A stretch of 63,515 nucleotides of DNA, filler included, from Octopus bimaculoides (GCF_001194135.2; 7 parts of 7 records of this genome joined end to end with filler, not necessarily neighbours in it); one strand, 5' to 3'; counted from the first letter of the whole stretch, positions 12,951-27,340 are shown. Numbers and translations are program-made. Notes: generated by a model from the sequence alone, not told the origin.

Positions 12951-13565
12951 ACACACACAACACACACATACACATACACACACGCACATACACACATACA
13001 CACACACAAACACACAAGTAAGCACATAAATGCAAAACATGGTGGATAAAAATAGTACACGAATACTAAAGATAGAGTAATATGCTTTTATTAGAGCTCG
13101 AAAATTTTCAGAAAACTGTTTCTCAAAATTTCACGTTCCCATTCATCGGACAGTTTTGTTAAATACTGGATTAATATCGTGATTGTCGCTATTTTAATTC
13201 AGGATTCATCACAACCGAAAGGTTTCGTGGCTGCGTCAACCTGTCGGTTACTCGGCCAGTTGAGTATCAAAGGCTGGACAAAGAGGAATGACCAATGGAC
13301 CTAGTTAAGGATTCCATTGGTTATTTACAGGAGTAGAAGCAAGAGAACTGATTCCTTCGTTAGTCAGAGTAGTCTGAAGGGCTGAAACACAGACCTGGGA
13401 ACAAAAGATTGACCCAGGTTCAAATTCTGCTGGCGACGGAATTTTGGAAAGCAGGTGGAGAACACCTACAAGTCATAACCTGAGTGAGCCCGGCTCCCGT
13501 AGAGTATCAGGTATGAAGATCTCTCCTGCTGTGCACATGCCTTGCGGCGAGTTTCTGTTATACAT

Positions 13566-13604
<39 letters not shown>

Positions 13605-13895
13605 NNNNNNNNNNNNNNNNNNNNNNNNNNNNNNNNNNNNNNNNNNNNNNNNNNNNNNNNNNNNNNNNNNNNNNNNNNNNNNNNNNNNNNNNNNNNNNNN
13701 NNNNNNNNNNNNNNNNNNNNNNNNNNNNNNNNNNNNNNNNNNNNNNNNNNNNNNNNNNNNNNNNNNNNNNNNNNNNNNNNNNNNNNNNNNNNNNNNNNNN
13801 NNNNNNNNNNNNNNNNNNNNNNNNNNNNNNNNNNNNNNNNNNNNNNNNNNNNNNNNNNNNNNNNNNNNNNNNNNNNNNNNNNNNNNNNNNNNNNN

Positions 13896-13926
<31 letters not shown>

Positions 13927-13959
13927 AGCACGCCTCCTCTTTACTTTTTCCAAGTGTGA

Positions 13960-14380
13960 GGCAACCTCCTCTTATCAAATTTTACTAATTCTACCCATGT
14001 CTTTCTAATCTTTTCTCTTCGGGTATTTCGTCTCTACTTAAGCACTCGGCACATCTTGCACATTTTCCATTCCCTATGCCCATTACGTGTTAGTACTAAC
14101 ACTTTCAACTCTCATACTCACTACACATGTTTCATCTATTATCCAGCTTTTCTCTGCTTATCTATAACACGTCATTGATGCATGCTGACATTAATCATCC
14201 GCCAAAGCATGCCTGCTTCATTTCTGCTTTGCCTTCTCCCATACTTCGTACTTCCATCCACGATCCGCATCTTACTGTCATTCTGCAACCGGTATAAGTC
14301 GTTCTGGAATAGTCATTTTGATGCAGCCTATATGGCGCCTCCTGCTTGGCATCACTGATTTGACGTTGACTTCACTTGAC
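13960..14380 (-). mobile_element. Degenerate RTE-clade LINE 3' fragment
   Basis: The reverse strand carries gaaatgaagcaggcatgctttggcggatgattaatgtcagcatgcat, similar to the RTE C-terminal RNEASMLRWMCNVSVH, followed by an REKL-like stretch. Frameshifted. Confidence 0.5.
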
Positions 14381-15105
14381 ATGAATTTTAATATTTATTT
14401 CGTTCTCTGTCTGTCTGTTTGTCTGTCACTCTCTATGTATGTGTGTATGTCTGTCTCTTTCTCCCTATGTGTGTGTGTGAACATATTACTCGTTTTGCGT
14501 ATGAGGAGAGGGAATATGTCTGTCTGTCGTTTTCAATTAAAAAAATCATATCTCTTTTACTGTTTACCTCAGTCTCTCTCTTACTCTCTCTATCTGTATG
14601 TGTATATCTTTTGCATGCATATTCATCTGTGTGTTTGCCTCTAGTGTCAAAACACATAGTCACAAAAACAGCTTCAATGTGCACTAGCTCATGGGAAATT
14701 GTCAGCGACCAAACAGCCGTCACACTCCGAGCAGCTATACACTTTTTACGTCAACAACAAAAAGAGTATCGTCTTGTGGCTAGGAGCGTTAATAGCTTCA
14801 AGAACCTTTTCCACTCAATAATTCTTACTATCGGTAATAAGCTTTCAGAGAATCTTCCTTCACAGGTTATTAGGTCTTCTGTGTATTACTTGCACATAGC
14901 GTTTCAAACGTTAACAAGAATTTATTTCATTAATACTTTAACTGTTAAGTGCTCCTCCACATCCGCCAGAACCAAAGTGTTTATACCTTTCCAGCTTGAC
15001 AGTGATCCCCGTTGACTTCTTGCGCACTTATAGTTGACACAGGATACACCATAGGGAGTTCCTCTCTCTCTCTTTCTCTGCCTATCTGTCTCTGTCTGAT
15101 TGCCT

Positions 15106-15140
<35 letters not shown>

Positions 15141-15158
15141 TATACATACATACATACA

Positions 15159-15193
<35 letters not shown>

Positions 15194-15566
15194 GTAACGA
15201 TTGTGATTTGTTGTTGTTATCGCAGAGATAGAACGATCTTGTAAGAGAACAGAATTAGAGCTAGTGAGAGTTGTAGGGTGTGGGACGTTGTCTCACAGTT
15301 GCTGACAGTAAACTTCATATCTCCTTCTGACCAAGGTTCTAGCTGGTCAGCCAGACTTCATTCTCGCTGAATCGTCGCTTGGGGTTTCTTGTTTTTATAA
15401 CTATCCAGAAGGATAGACATATCATTGAGAACAATAGATTTAGTTGGTGGTCTTCTTATCTCTATTCTAGCTTTTGGTGAAGTAGAAGAGGTTAGAAAGG
15501 GTCAAGTGGTGAAGACATTATTTCGGCCTAGCTAAAGGCATCTGGCAAATGTAAAACTGCTTTAAC
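15194..15566 (-). mobile_element. Possible solo-LTR fragment
   Basis: An abrupt TGTAAC terminus follows (TA)n, non-coding; the other end is lost in a gap. No PBS or PPT is visible. Confidence 0.25.
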
Positions 15567-16003
15567 NNNNNNNNNNNNNNNNNNNNNNNNNNNNNNNNNN
15601 NNNNNNNNNNNNNNNNNNNNNNNNNNNNNNNNNNNNNNNNNNNNNNNNNNNNNNNNNNNNNNNNNNNNNNNNNNNNNNNNNNNNNNNNNNNNNNNNNNNN
15701 NNNNNNNNNNNNNNNNNNNNNNNNNNNNNNNNNNNNNNNNNNNNNNNNNNNNNNNNNNNNNNNNNNNNNNNNNNNNNNNNNNNNNNNNNNNNNNNNNNNN
15801 NNNNNNNNNNNNNNNNNNNNNNNNNNNNNNNNNNNNNNNNNNNNNNNNNNNNNNNNNNNNNNNNNNNNNNNNNNNNNNNNNNNNNNNNNNNNNNNNNNNN
15901 NNNNNNNNNNNNNNNNNNNNNNNNNNNNNNNNNNNNNNNNNNNNNNNNNNNNNNNNNNNNNNNATATATATATATATATATACATACACACACACACAGA
16001 GTC

Positions 16004-16180
16004 CGCCTAAAAAACGTGTACGCTCTACAGGAAAGGAAAAATCTGTATCAATATTTTAATTCAATGTTATTGCAATTTGGTAAAACATCAAAAGAAGTAT
16101 CTATATTTATAGAGGCACTTATACAAGTTAGATATTTATACAAATTTTTCCTTTCCTGAAGTGTAGGAGGTCATATATAT
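16004..16180. mobile_element. Small Tc1-like MITE
   Basis: Inverted repeat caggaaaggaaaaatctgtat / atacaaatttttcctttcctg. The left end starts cagagtccgcctaaaaaa. Confidence 0.4.
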
Positions 16181-17282
16181 GAACGATCTTCGTAGAACAG
16201 GTATGGAAGCAAGAAAATAGAAGATAAACAAATTAAGCGCAATGAAGGGATTTATATGGAAGTGTGCGAGTACAAATATACAAAAGGAATGATGTAACAG
16301 TCTTACGGCAAGCTGTCGAGAGGGGGAGAAGAAAGAGAAAGGGAAGAATGTCTTAAAGGTAGCATATTGAGGAAGATAAGACTTTAAGGTAATTTGAAAC
16401 GAGTTTGGTAAGTACCAGGTACATATATGCACATTCGACTAATGCAATTTAAACCTAAAAATCTGAGAAAAATAAATAGTATTTAGATCTCCGCATTTAT
16501 TTCCATTTGTGTATTGTAACTGTATCATTTGTTAAGAAATCCGGATTTGACTGTTACATAGAATAACTGCCGGACAAAAGAAAAAGCATGAGAGGTGAAG
16601 ACGGTTACAGAAGACAAGAACGAAGACAAAAATATTGTTCATCAGCTATAGGTTCCAGAATCGATGTAGTTTTCATGCATTTATGAATGCATATATTATA
16701 TACCGATAACACGCATATACATATGTACTGCAGTGAATGATGGTCTCTAAGTATGCATGCGAACGTATTATATCACGAAACATGCTCGCTGCAGAATCAC
16801 CTAACTTGCAGATTTGTTGGTGCATCGTATATTTAAAGCAATTTATTCTGTTTAATACAGCGTCGTGCATAGAATATCGGTTTTTCTATTTTCCGGTTAT
16901 TTTTTTCCTCGTGAGCCAGAATCGTGCAATATCTTCAATTTTAAGTTTTTTCTGGATTATTGCTTGAATTTTTACGTATATCACAGAAAGATGCAAACAT
17001 TCGCTCATACGCACACACACATACACATACACACGAACAAGCAAACAAATAAGCATACAAGCAAAGACATACACACGTATACATATTTAAGTACCACCGT
17101 TGAATTTCACGTCACAGTGAATTTGTGTTTCATTTTGCTTTCTAGTTGTAAGCATTCATATGCAATTATATGAGTAAGTGTATGTATGTGAGTGTGTGTA
17201 TATTTGTTGTGTATATAAATGCTCATATTAATGTATGCATACTTGCTTAAGGACATACATATTCCTCTACATAAATAGTAAG

Positions 17283-17324
<42 letters not shown>

Positions 17325-17916
17325 GTGTTTCAGCCAAGTGGCTGCGGTGATGCTGGTGCACCACCGTGANNNNNNNNNNNNNNNNNNNNNNNNNNNNNNN
17401 NNNNNNNNNNNNNTTAATTAATTAANNNNNNNNNNNNNNNNNNNNNNNNNNNNNNNNNNNNNNNNNNNNTTTTTTTTTTTTTTTCAATGTTTTGACGCAT
17501 AACGAAAAAAATAAAAGGCTAAAAGACTGAAAAGAAGCTAGACGAGACTGAACTGGGTCAATGGTACCTTTCTAAAAAGAAACTATTTCAATAAATATAA
17601 AAAAAAAAAAATAAAGAAACTATTGATAGATTTTCAAGTATAATTCTACTACTACTGCTACTACTACTACTCCTACTACTACTCCTACTACGACTACATC
17701 AATTGGTCGGAAAATGTTTTGCAGCTCATGGATCAATGAAATGCTTATTATAAAACATAGGCACAACGATGTCTTTATGCAAACTTAGCGTTGGTCAGAG
17801 GACGCCTCCCCAGCCCAGAACAGGTTGAAAACATTGCATTAACAACCAAACTGGGTAAAAGATAATTATATAACAAAGAATGTGTTTACCTCATTTTCTT
17901 TTTCTATTCTGTCTAG

Positions 17917-17972
17917 GTCATGGTTATTTGTGGTTAGTGTCAGGATACACAGCAAGGTGTGTCGAACAATAT
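17917..17972 (+). CDS. Candidate orphan exon (HGYLWLVSGYTARCVEQY)
   Basis: Long pyrimidine tract + tctAG and donor TAT|GTATGT. Protein not recognised. Confidence 0.2.
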
Positions 17973-18162
17973 GTATGTCTATAGGGAATGATTCAAATAA
18001 CTTATTTATTCATATTTATTTAAATTGCTGTTATTTAACACCCTTGTTAGAGCTTGTTCACCTATTAAATTTAAAACATCCTATGTGTGTATGTATGTAT
18101 GCGTATGTATGTGTTTGTATGTATTAATCAGTATCCATATGTGTGTGTGAGTGTGTGTTTGC

Positions 18163-18209
<47 letters not shown>

Positions 18210-19267
18210 AATAAATACACATATATGCATATATATATATATGTATATACACACACACACATACATATATANNNNNNNNNNNNNNNNNNNNNNNNNNNNN
18301 NNNNNNNNNNNNNNNNNNNNNNNNNNNNNNNNNNNNNNNNNNNNNNNNNNNNNNNNNNNNNNNNNNNNNNNNNNNNNNNNNNNNNNNNNNNNNNNNNNNN
18401 NNNNNNNNNNNNNNNNNNNNNNNNNNNNNNNNNNNNNNNNNNNNNNNNNNNNNNNNNNNNNNNNNNNNNNNNNNNNNNNNNNNNNNNNNNNNNNNNNNNN
18501 NNNNNNNNNNNNNNNNNNNNNNNNNNNNNNNNNNNNNNNNNNNNNNNNNNNNNNNNNNNNNNNNNNNNNNNNNNNNNNNNNNNNNNNNNNNNNNNNNNNN
18601 NNNNNNNNNNNNNNNNNNNNNNNNNNNNNNNNNNNNNNNNNNNNNNNNNNNNNNNNNNNNNNNNNNNNNNNNNNNNNNNNNNNNNNNNNNNNNNNNNNNN
18701 NNNNNNNNNNNNNNNNNNNNNNNNNNNNNNNNNNNNNNNNNNNNNNNNNNNNNNNNNNNNNNNNNNNNNNNNNNNNNNNNNNNNNNNNNNNNNNNNNNNN
18801 NNNNNNNNNNNNNNNNNNNNNNNNNNNNNNNNNNNNNNNNNNNNNNNNNNNNNNNNNNNNNNNNNNNNNNNNNNNNNNNNNNNNNNNNNNNNNNNNNNNN
18901 NNNNNNNNNNNNNNNNNNCGTGCGTAAGTGTGTTTCTATTTGTGTATGTGAATATATGTTCAGTTAAAGCCTTCTGCAGTTACTTAAAGTTTTGCGTTCA
19001 GCATGGCTATTTGACAGTCAAAATGGCCATGCTGAACGGCAATAAAAAAAAACATACCTTAAAAACAAGATAGCGCCGGTTTAACACTGATAACATGATA
19101 ACATGATAACATGACTTAATTCTAAAGTGTAATAATTCTCCACTCAGAAATACATATTTTTCTTTAGTGGGAACAATTATATGTGACTTTAATGTGAAAG
19201 TGTATATCTAGTTTAGATATAAACTCAGTTTTGCGAGTTAGGTTTCTTTGTACCTCCTATGTTGCAT

Positions 19268-19490
19268 ACAAGGTCTGATCAATAATTATCGGACTGTTGC
19301 TATCATAACGAAGCTACACACCTTCCTTCTAAGCACTGCTGTAAACAGCGAAGTGAACTAGAACGTTAAAACTTAGTGCGCATACACAGCAGAGTTGAAG
19401 GTCAGTTTTTGCCAAGCGGCGTCACTCTGCGTGTTTTAGCTTCGTTACTATGGCAACAGTCGTGATACTTATTGATCAGACCACGTGGTG
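19268..19490. mobile_element. Short MITE of the same mariner family
   Basis: Termini ggtctgatcaataattatc...gttg and caacagtc...cttattgatcagacc are inverted. The body matches the 12.8-12.95 kb arm. Confidence 0.7.
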
Positions 19491-19703
19491 CACATACGAA
19501 CACATTTTTAAGTGGGTTATTGTATTTGACTTATTATGAGTCGATATGTAGCTAAAATTTCATTTTGGTTTTTCGCACCAAATTTCTTGCTGCTGCTGCA
19601 TGAGTTGGCTGTAGTTGGAAAATCTACTCGTGCATTGAGATACGACGAGAAGGGTTCTTCTTTCCTGGTATAGTCGGGTAATGTCAGAATCTTGCTTTTT
19701 CAG

Positions 19704-19880
19704 TTGCACAGTTGACATTGGATCTCGTTACAGTTGTATGCCTTTACCTTTGCAGCAATACTCCATTTTATTATAGAATCACTTTCTCCGATGTTTTTTA
19801 CAAACCAAATGTATCTCGAAAGGTACGTGAGAGCGCACTCATATCTGGATCTAAAACAAATAGGTATGTTGTGTGTAACT
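19704..19880 (+). other. Exon-like segment, locally duplicated at about 20930-21075
   Basis: Acceptors at 19703 and 19733, donor ATAG|GTATGT at 19864, with an open frame from either acceptor. The second copy has stops, a 1-nt deletion and GC at the donor. Confidence 0.3.
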
Positions 19881-22800
19881 TGTTATAAAAGCATTCTCGG
19901 TTAACCTGATTTACGACTTCCCACTGTATCTACCAATTTTAAATCTGTTCTATATACTATTTCTTTTCACAAGCACTTTCTAACTAAAGATCACACAGTC
20001 GTATCAATACAATTGCATTTAAATTTGGTAGAGGAGTGTCTATAGATTTTTGGTTATCGTTAGAAACCTTTTATCTTATGTTACCCATAAACCATAGCTA
20101 GGCTTAACAGAAATTTTGTTGAAGATTTCGTGATGTACTAATCCGCATAAGGAAATCATTGCAACATTTGTGGATACATTTAAACTATCAAGGGGTTAAA
20201 CTATACAAATTTCTTAATTTTTACGACTCACTGTTCTGTTTTAATTAATGAAACGATGAGGTCCCAGCATCGTCATCAATAAAGACTTGTTTTTCATTAT
20301 GGTACAGCGTAGCCGTCTGATAGATAGTTCATTCATAATACTTGAGGTAACGACAAAAGGCATTAGCTGAATAAATATAATTATACTCTACACCAAATAT
20401 TGAGTAATTTTTGTTTGTTATAGACAACGTACACGTATACATGCAAGAGTGTTTATGTGTCTGTGTGAAAGTACATATTTATAGATAACATTAATATATT
20501 AATACACACTCGTATATGCATACACATGCATCAATTTACATATTCATATACACATACAGAACTCGCCAACCTCCAGAAAATATGAAAACACATATATATA
20601 AATACACACATGCATATATATATATATATATATATGTATATACAGTATATATATATATATGTATATATATATATACAGTATATATGTGTGTGTGTGTGTG
20701 CTTTCCACAGTATGCGCATACAGACACTATATTGATTGAAGTCATCGTTTATCGTTTTCCTGTTTTTCATGTTATCATTTTATGGTCTCCCACAACAATA
20801 CTGTTTTGTCAACAAAGTAACAATTCTTAAAGTTTCTAAAAGACGACGTTGATATGAGAAATAAAATATATTCTAAAAGGACCGAAATTCAAACGAATGC
20901 TATACCAATGGCGTATTATTCATTTTTAGCTTTCATTTTACACCTTTACTCCTTGTGATTTGTAAAACAAATCGCTTTCTCCGATATCTTTTACAAACCA
21001 AATGTATCTCAAAAGGTACGAGAGAATTCATTCATATCTGGATTTAAACAAATAGGCATGTTGTGTTTAACATTCCAAATCAAACGATTTTTATACATTC
21101 CAATGACAGAATTTCTTCGTAGTCCATTGATCTGCTAGAGGTAGCAGCTACTTTTTTTTTTAACACATCCTATTGTTTTATAAATAAAGACTTAATTACA
21201 CCAAAAACGAAGTATTCGAGACTGGGACACCTTTAATAATAGCTCGATTAAGGTTTTATGCACCAGCCGATGAGGAAGCGTTTATGGATATCTCCTGACC
21301 TGCAGAGATAGCAACCAAATCTCTTGTAAATTACGTTTTGTCAGAAAAAAAAATGAGAGATAAAAATATATTATACCCGGAAAAACAAGAGCAAGATGAT
21401 TTCATTTGGAATCCTTTTTATCATAGCTCTGCATGATAAAGACTAAGTCGGAGTAAATAATGTTTATGATATGACCTTCTCCATCGAGGATGGTCCATAG
21501 CATGGGTAACCTTTTTCGAGAAGCGGATTGCATGATACATGGCTCATCCTCTGGTGAGTTGCACTAATAAAAAGTTCAAGGTAATTTTTCGTTAGATGTA
21601 CCCTTCAGAAAGTCCCACGGGCCGCAGGCTGCCCATGACTAAGGAGTTAACATCAACAACAACAGAAGTTTTACAACCTTACAAATTTCTCTCTTTGATC
21701 TTTTCTCTTTGCCAATTCTTTATATTGTCATCCATCGCTTCCTTTCCCTCTCTATTTCTCTCCCTCTCTGTATATTTCTCTCTCTCTCTCTCTCCTCTTC
21801 TCCCTCCCCCTCTTTTTCTCTCTCTCTCNNNNNNNNNNNNNNNNNNNNNNNNNNNNNNNNNNNNNNNNNNNNNNNNNNNNNNNNNNNNNNNNNNNNNNNN
21901 NNNNNNNNNNNNNNNNNNNNNNNNNNNNNNNNNNNNNNNNNNNNNNNNNNNNNNNNNNNNNNNNNNNNNNNNNNNNNNNNNNNNNNNNNNNNNNNNNNNN
22001 NNNNNNNNNNNNNNNNNNNNNNNNNNNNNNNNNNNNNNNNNNNNNNNNNNNNNNNNNNNNNNNNNNNNNNNNNNNNNNNNNNNNNNNNNNNNNNNNNNNN
22101 NNNNNNNNNNNNNNNNNNNNNNNNNNNNNNNNNNNNNNNNNNNNNNNNNNNNNNNNNNNNNNNNNNNNNNNNNNNNNNNNNNNNNNNNNNNNNNNNNNNN
22201 NNNNNNNNNNNNNNNNNNNNNNNNNNNNNNNNNNNNNNNNNNNNNNNNNNNNNNNNNNNNNNNNNNNNNNNNNNNNNNNNNNNNNNNNNNNNNNNNNNNN
22301 NNNNNNNNNNNNNNNNNNNNNNNNNNNNNNNNNNNNNNNNNNNNNNNNNNNNNNNNNNNNNNNNNNNNNNNNNNNNNNNNNNNNNNNNNNNNNNNNNNNN
22401 NNNNNNNNNNNNNNNNNNNNNNNNNNNNNNNNNNNNNNNNNNNNNNNNNNNNNNNNNNNNNNNNNNNNNNNNNNNNNNNNNNNNNNNNNNNNNNNNNNNN
22501 NNNNNNNNNNNNNNNNNNNNNNNNNNNNNNNNNNNNNNNNNNNNNNNNNNNNNNNNNNNNNNNNCCGCCTTAAAAAAAATCATTACAATGAAGAAATATT
22601 CTTTTCTACTCTAGGCACAAGGCCCGAAATACTCTAGGCACAAGGCCAGTCGATTAGATCGACTCCAGTACGTAACTGGTACTTAATTTATCGACCCCGA
22701 AAGGAAAAAATGCAAAGTCGGCCTCGGCAGAATTTGTGCTCAGAACGTAAAAACGGACGAAATGCCGTGCAGCATTTTGTCTGGGAGAGCTAATGATTGT

Positions 22801-23766
22801 ACAGCTCCCTGCCTTTTTTTAAAGCAATGATTTAAGCTAGAAAGCTAAAAAAAAAAAAAAAAGATGCACTGATGGAGATCGAACTGCGAATATCTTGCTT
22901 ACTAGATAAATGTGTTCCCATTTATTTTATCTAAATATGTCTTTCTTCCACTGCTTCCTGTCACTAATCACAAAACTTCTTTTACATTTCATCAGGGAAT
23001 AAGATATCACGTCTTCTGAATTAAGAGGATATTGCTAAAGAGGATATTGCTAAAAGATTATCCACAACACAGTGGTAACCTTAAGATATATTCTCTAATC
23101 AAGGCAGCGAGCTGTCTCAAATGTTAGCATGCCGAGTTAAATGCTTAGCGGCATTTCGTCCATCTTTACGTTCTGACTTGAAATTCTGCCGAGGTCAACT
23201 TTGTCTTTCATCCTTTCGAAGTTGATAAAATAAGTTACCAGCTGAGCTCTGGAATCGATATAATCGATTTATCGCTCCTCCGAAATTGTTGGCGTTGTGC
23301 CAAAATTTAAACCAATATATATTCTCTTATCCAAACAACCAGGTTGGTGGGGCTGCCGCAACATCACGTCGGGACTTTCAGCGTTGCTGTTTCTTACTTT
23401 GTAGCTATTGTTTTCATTGTAGATATTGTGGTTTAACTATTATTCTTTTTGTAGAGGTTATTGCTGTAGTTATTGCTAATTTTGTTGTTGATAGGACCTA
23501 GGTTAGCCCTGATCGAACAGGTAGGTATATGGCCAATATATTTCCAACCGTGACGACTCCTTCTTTTTAAGTATTACATTATACTACATTATTCAAAGCC
23601 TACATCAGAGTATAATTACTATTTCTAGCAGCTTGGAGATGTTGCTGTATTTTTATTCTGCCATAAACCAGACACTTCTATTTGGGAAAATCACACTATG
23701 GATAACGTGGTCCAGAGCAAAGTTTGCCTGAAAACCAAAGATTACATGTTCATATCTGGAATACCG

Positions 23767-24010
23767 TTAACACTTTGCCTACCATGTGTATCACCGATGA
23801 CTCACGCAGTACAGAATTGAATATATTTGTTCTGTACAAAGACGTCACCGGTGATACCTATGCTATGAACTGATGTCGTAATTTGTATATTGAACTAGAA
23901 CATATATGTGGTTAAAAAGTTTTTCAAAAACCGCACATTTTATTACAAGATTAGAACGCTGCTGCAAAAGAAAATAGGGTGCAAAATGAACTTGGTAAGA
24001 AGAATGTTAA
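23767..24010. mobile_element. Possible piggyBac-like MITE
   Basis: TTAA at both ends (23767, 24007), an imperfect 14-bp TIR (cactttgcctacca vs cattcttcttacca), and an internal palindrome gtatcaccgatgac...gtcaccggtgatac. Confidence 0.4.
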
Positions 24011-25601
24011 TCATAAGTATAGTAACCAAGGCTTGCTTGGGCTGAACAGCAGTATATCTTTTTGCCTCTTCACTACTTACAGAAAACAGACATGCTCAGG
24101 AACACCAGACTCACTCTAAATTGGTTCTACCAAATCTCGATATCCTGTTAGTCCTTTTTATAGCCAACCACGAGCTAAAGTTAAATGATACAGATTACAT
24201 TCAAACATGTAAACCTGTTACATTAATACTAGGGTTCTGGTAGGAACTTGTTTGTGCATGGTATCGTGGTTCTATGCTTCATTATCTGTTCCTTGGATTT
24301 AAGCCTGACATTCACTTCTCTAAATTTGGTAATTTTCTGTAACTGGCTCGTAGAAGGATAGAGGAAAATGTTGTATTACCCAATGCGTCTCTGAATAAAA
24401 TCGACTTCTGAAATAGTTTGAAGGAGAAATCATTTAAGGCGGAGGTCTTCTTCCTTCGATAGGCTTTTATCGAAGTTTGGTTCTATATTGCATTTACAAC
24501 TTTCATTTTCTTGTTTTATTTGTACTAACGAAGCAACACCTTGATTAAGTATACCTATGATCAAAGAGGTTCCATCTGTAACCATCCAATATTCTTCGAA
24601 GATAATTTATCTAAAAACTATCTCACTCACACCCTCTTCCATTTTTTAATAGAAAAGTTGTGATTTGAGAACGTTTGGTCGGCTATTCCCAGCAGATTAA
24701 TTGACCACGTAGAGACTTTCTCATTGGATCAGGTCACTGATGTTGCTGTAACTGTCACTGTTGTTAATACGCCTTACAGTTACTCCTTAACCTTTATTGT
24801 CATTGCTGCAACTGTTTAGACTGTTTTGGTTCTTACTTCAATCCCAAGTCGACCCTGATCAATGAGACTCTTCAGCCATTACCTTCCCTTCTTTCAAATC
24901 TATATAGGGCGTTTTTTTATATTTAATGATAATGAATTATTATTTTTATTCATATAATATGAATAAAAGTAATCATTATTATTAAATAAAAAAAAAGGCA
25001 GTGAGTTGGCAGAATCGTTAGCACGTCGGCAGTTCTTCCGATTCATTACGTTCTGAGTTCAAATGTCACCGTGTTTGACTTCGCCTTTCATCCTTCTGAA
25101 GTTGATGAAATACACTAGCAGTCAAGCGCTAGGGTCGAGGTAATCAACTAACCCCTCCTCCAAATTCCAGGCCTTATTTTTCTATTAGAAACATTATTAA
25201 ATTTTTAGAAATCATTATTTAATGTATCTTTTCCCTGTCTTAAGAAAGAAGATTTTACTGCTATTTCTAACCATCCGAGCGACCACACAGAGGTCCCCTT
25301 GCTTTGTTGTTAGTGGTGTCAATATAAAGATGGCTTCAAGCAGATGCCATTGACTGATATTGCAACTACTCTGGCTATTATTTTTTCTTTCTTATTATTA
25401 CCAACATTACTAAGGGCGAGGAGCTGACTGAATCGTTAGTACGCCGAGCAAAATGCTTAACGGTATTTCGTCCGTCTTTGCATTCTCAGCTCAAATTCCG
25501 CCGAGGTTGGTTTTCCCAAACTATTAGTACGTTATATGGTATCTCCTTAAAACTGCTCTGAAAATCGTTTGTTTCTTAGAGAGAGGGGTGGGGGTTAACA
25601 G

Positions 25602-27000
25602 AAATGTTGTAGGAAGGGATCACGAGGAACAAAGAATTAGTTGCTGATAGACAAGGTTAATTTTGAGGAACTGTCGGAGATGGTTGACAAGCTTATCAAT
25701 AGCTTGGATTGACTATAAGAAGGCATATGATATGGTTTCTCACTCGCAGATTCTAAAATGCCTGGAGATGTTCGGGGCAGCTAAAAATATGATATATTTG
25801 TTCAAAGACAGTATGAAGAACTTGAAGACTGTTTTGACAGAAGGTTGAAGGGAAACTGGACAAGTCAGCATAGGAGACTCTGCTGTTCATTAAGTTAGTA
25901 CGTTTAGTATGTTACCGCTCTCCATGGTTCTGGGGACGATGGAAGCTGATTACAAACTGCAGAAAAACATAAGCCAATTAACCACTTTCTGTTTATGGGA
26001 GATTTGAAGTTTTACGGGCCAAGCAGACCGTGCGAATGGACAAAGGAAGAGCTGATCAACATGGACAGAAAAACTAGGAAGATAATGGCTAAGCATGGGT
26101 GCCTTCATACTAAAAGTAACGTAACGAGGCTCTACTTGCCTAGGAAGGTGGAAGAGAATTGGTTGGAATAGTGGAATAGAGGAATAGAGGAATAGAAGAA
26201 TAAAGGATAGCGTTATGCATGCCTATCTGAGGAATAGTGATGAATGAATGTTGCAGACTTCACTGAGAAGGTGATCAGTGATAATGATGAGACCCTCCAG
26301 GAGTACAAAATGAGTACAAACATCGGATGAGTGAAATGAAGAATCCTGGAGATGGTTAAGAAAATTCTTTCTTTTTTAAAGGAGACTGGACTGATCGTTG
26401 CTGCTCAAGAACAAGCTTTACGAACCAACTCCATCAAGCATAGTATTGATAAGACAATGGTATCATCTTCGTGTAGATTATGTGAAAAATCATCTGAAAC
26501 AAGCGTATTATTAGTGGATGCTCAAAACTGGTCCAAAAGGAGTACAATAAACACCATGACAAAGTAGCAGTGCGAATGCACCAGTGTATAGAAATTATGG
26601 GCTTGAGTGTCCCAACAAATGATAGCATCAACCTTTGCCCTCCAGTAGTAGAGAATGATCAGGTGAAGCTCACATGGGATATGCCAATCTACACATAACC
26701 GATCAGCTATCATACTTCTACGGAAGAGTCTAAAGAATGGTCCTTCATCGACATAGCTATACCTGCAGACCAGATTATTGTGAAGACAGAGAATGAGGAA
26801 GTCGGTAAGTACCAAGATCTAGCGTTGGAAGTGAGACGCATCCATTGAGCCTCAAAAGTGAGTGTGGTGCCTATTGTGATCGGTGCACTTGGGACCATCT
26901 CAATGAAAGCAATATTCTCACATAAAAAGCTGGAACAGCACACGTGTTGAGATGGCGGGATGGCGCTGAGACGCGACATAGATAACTCAGGAGAATATAG
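25602..27000 (+). mobile_element. Degenerate R4/Dong-like non-LTR retrotransposon (RT + CCHC + restriction-like endonuclease), internally deleted
   Basis: Motifs include LLIDK, AWIDYKKAYDMV, LIVAAQEQALRTN, CRLCEKSSET, HNRS/FIDIAIP and VIGALGT. It ends in (AAC/AAT)n. Confidence 0.8.
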
Positions 27001-27031
27001 GATAATAATAACAACAACAACAACGATAATA

Positions 27032-27094
<63 letters not shown>

Positions 27095-27102
27095 TGTTTT
27101 AA

Positions 27103-27330
27103 CTGGTACGTCACACCTATTGAGAAGAGCATCGTCGCTGTGAATTATCCTTCCTTCCACCCCACCTTTATTTCATTTGCTTACTTTTTTATTTTTTTCT
27201 CTATCACATGACTATAAATGAACAATTTGGTGTGTTTATTTTAATGGCCTACCAATGTATACAGTACGCGTCTCTGCCCTGGGTGTCAGGAAGACACTCG
27301 GCAAGAAATGGAAACACAATTGAAAGAAGA
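27103..27330 (+). repeat. Repeat X copy 1 (second copy 31003-31265)
   Basis: ctggtacgtcacac...gagaagagcatcgtcgct...ggtgtgtttattttaatg...gtgtcaggaagacactcggcaagaaat is shared with 31003-31265. Confidence 0.8.
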
Positions 27331-27340
27331 TGTTAATGAA

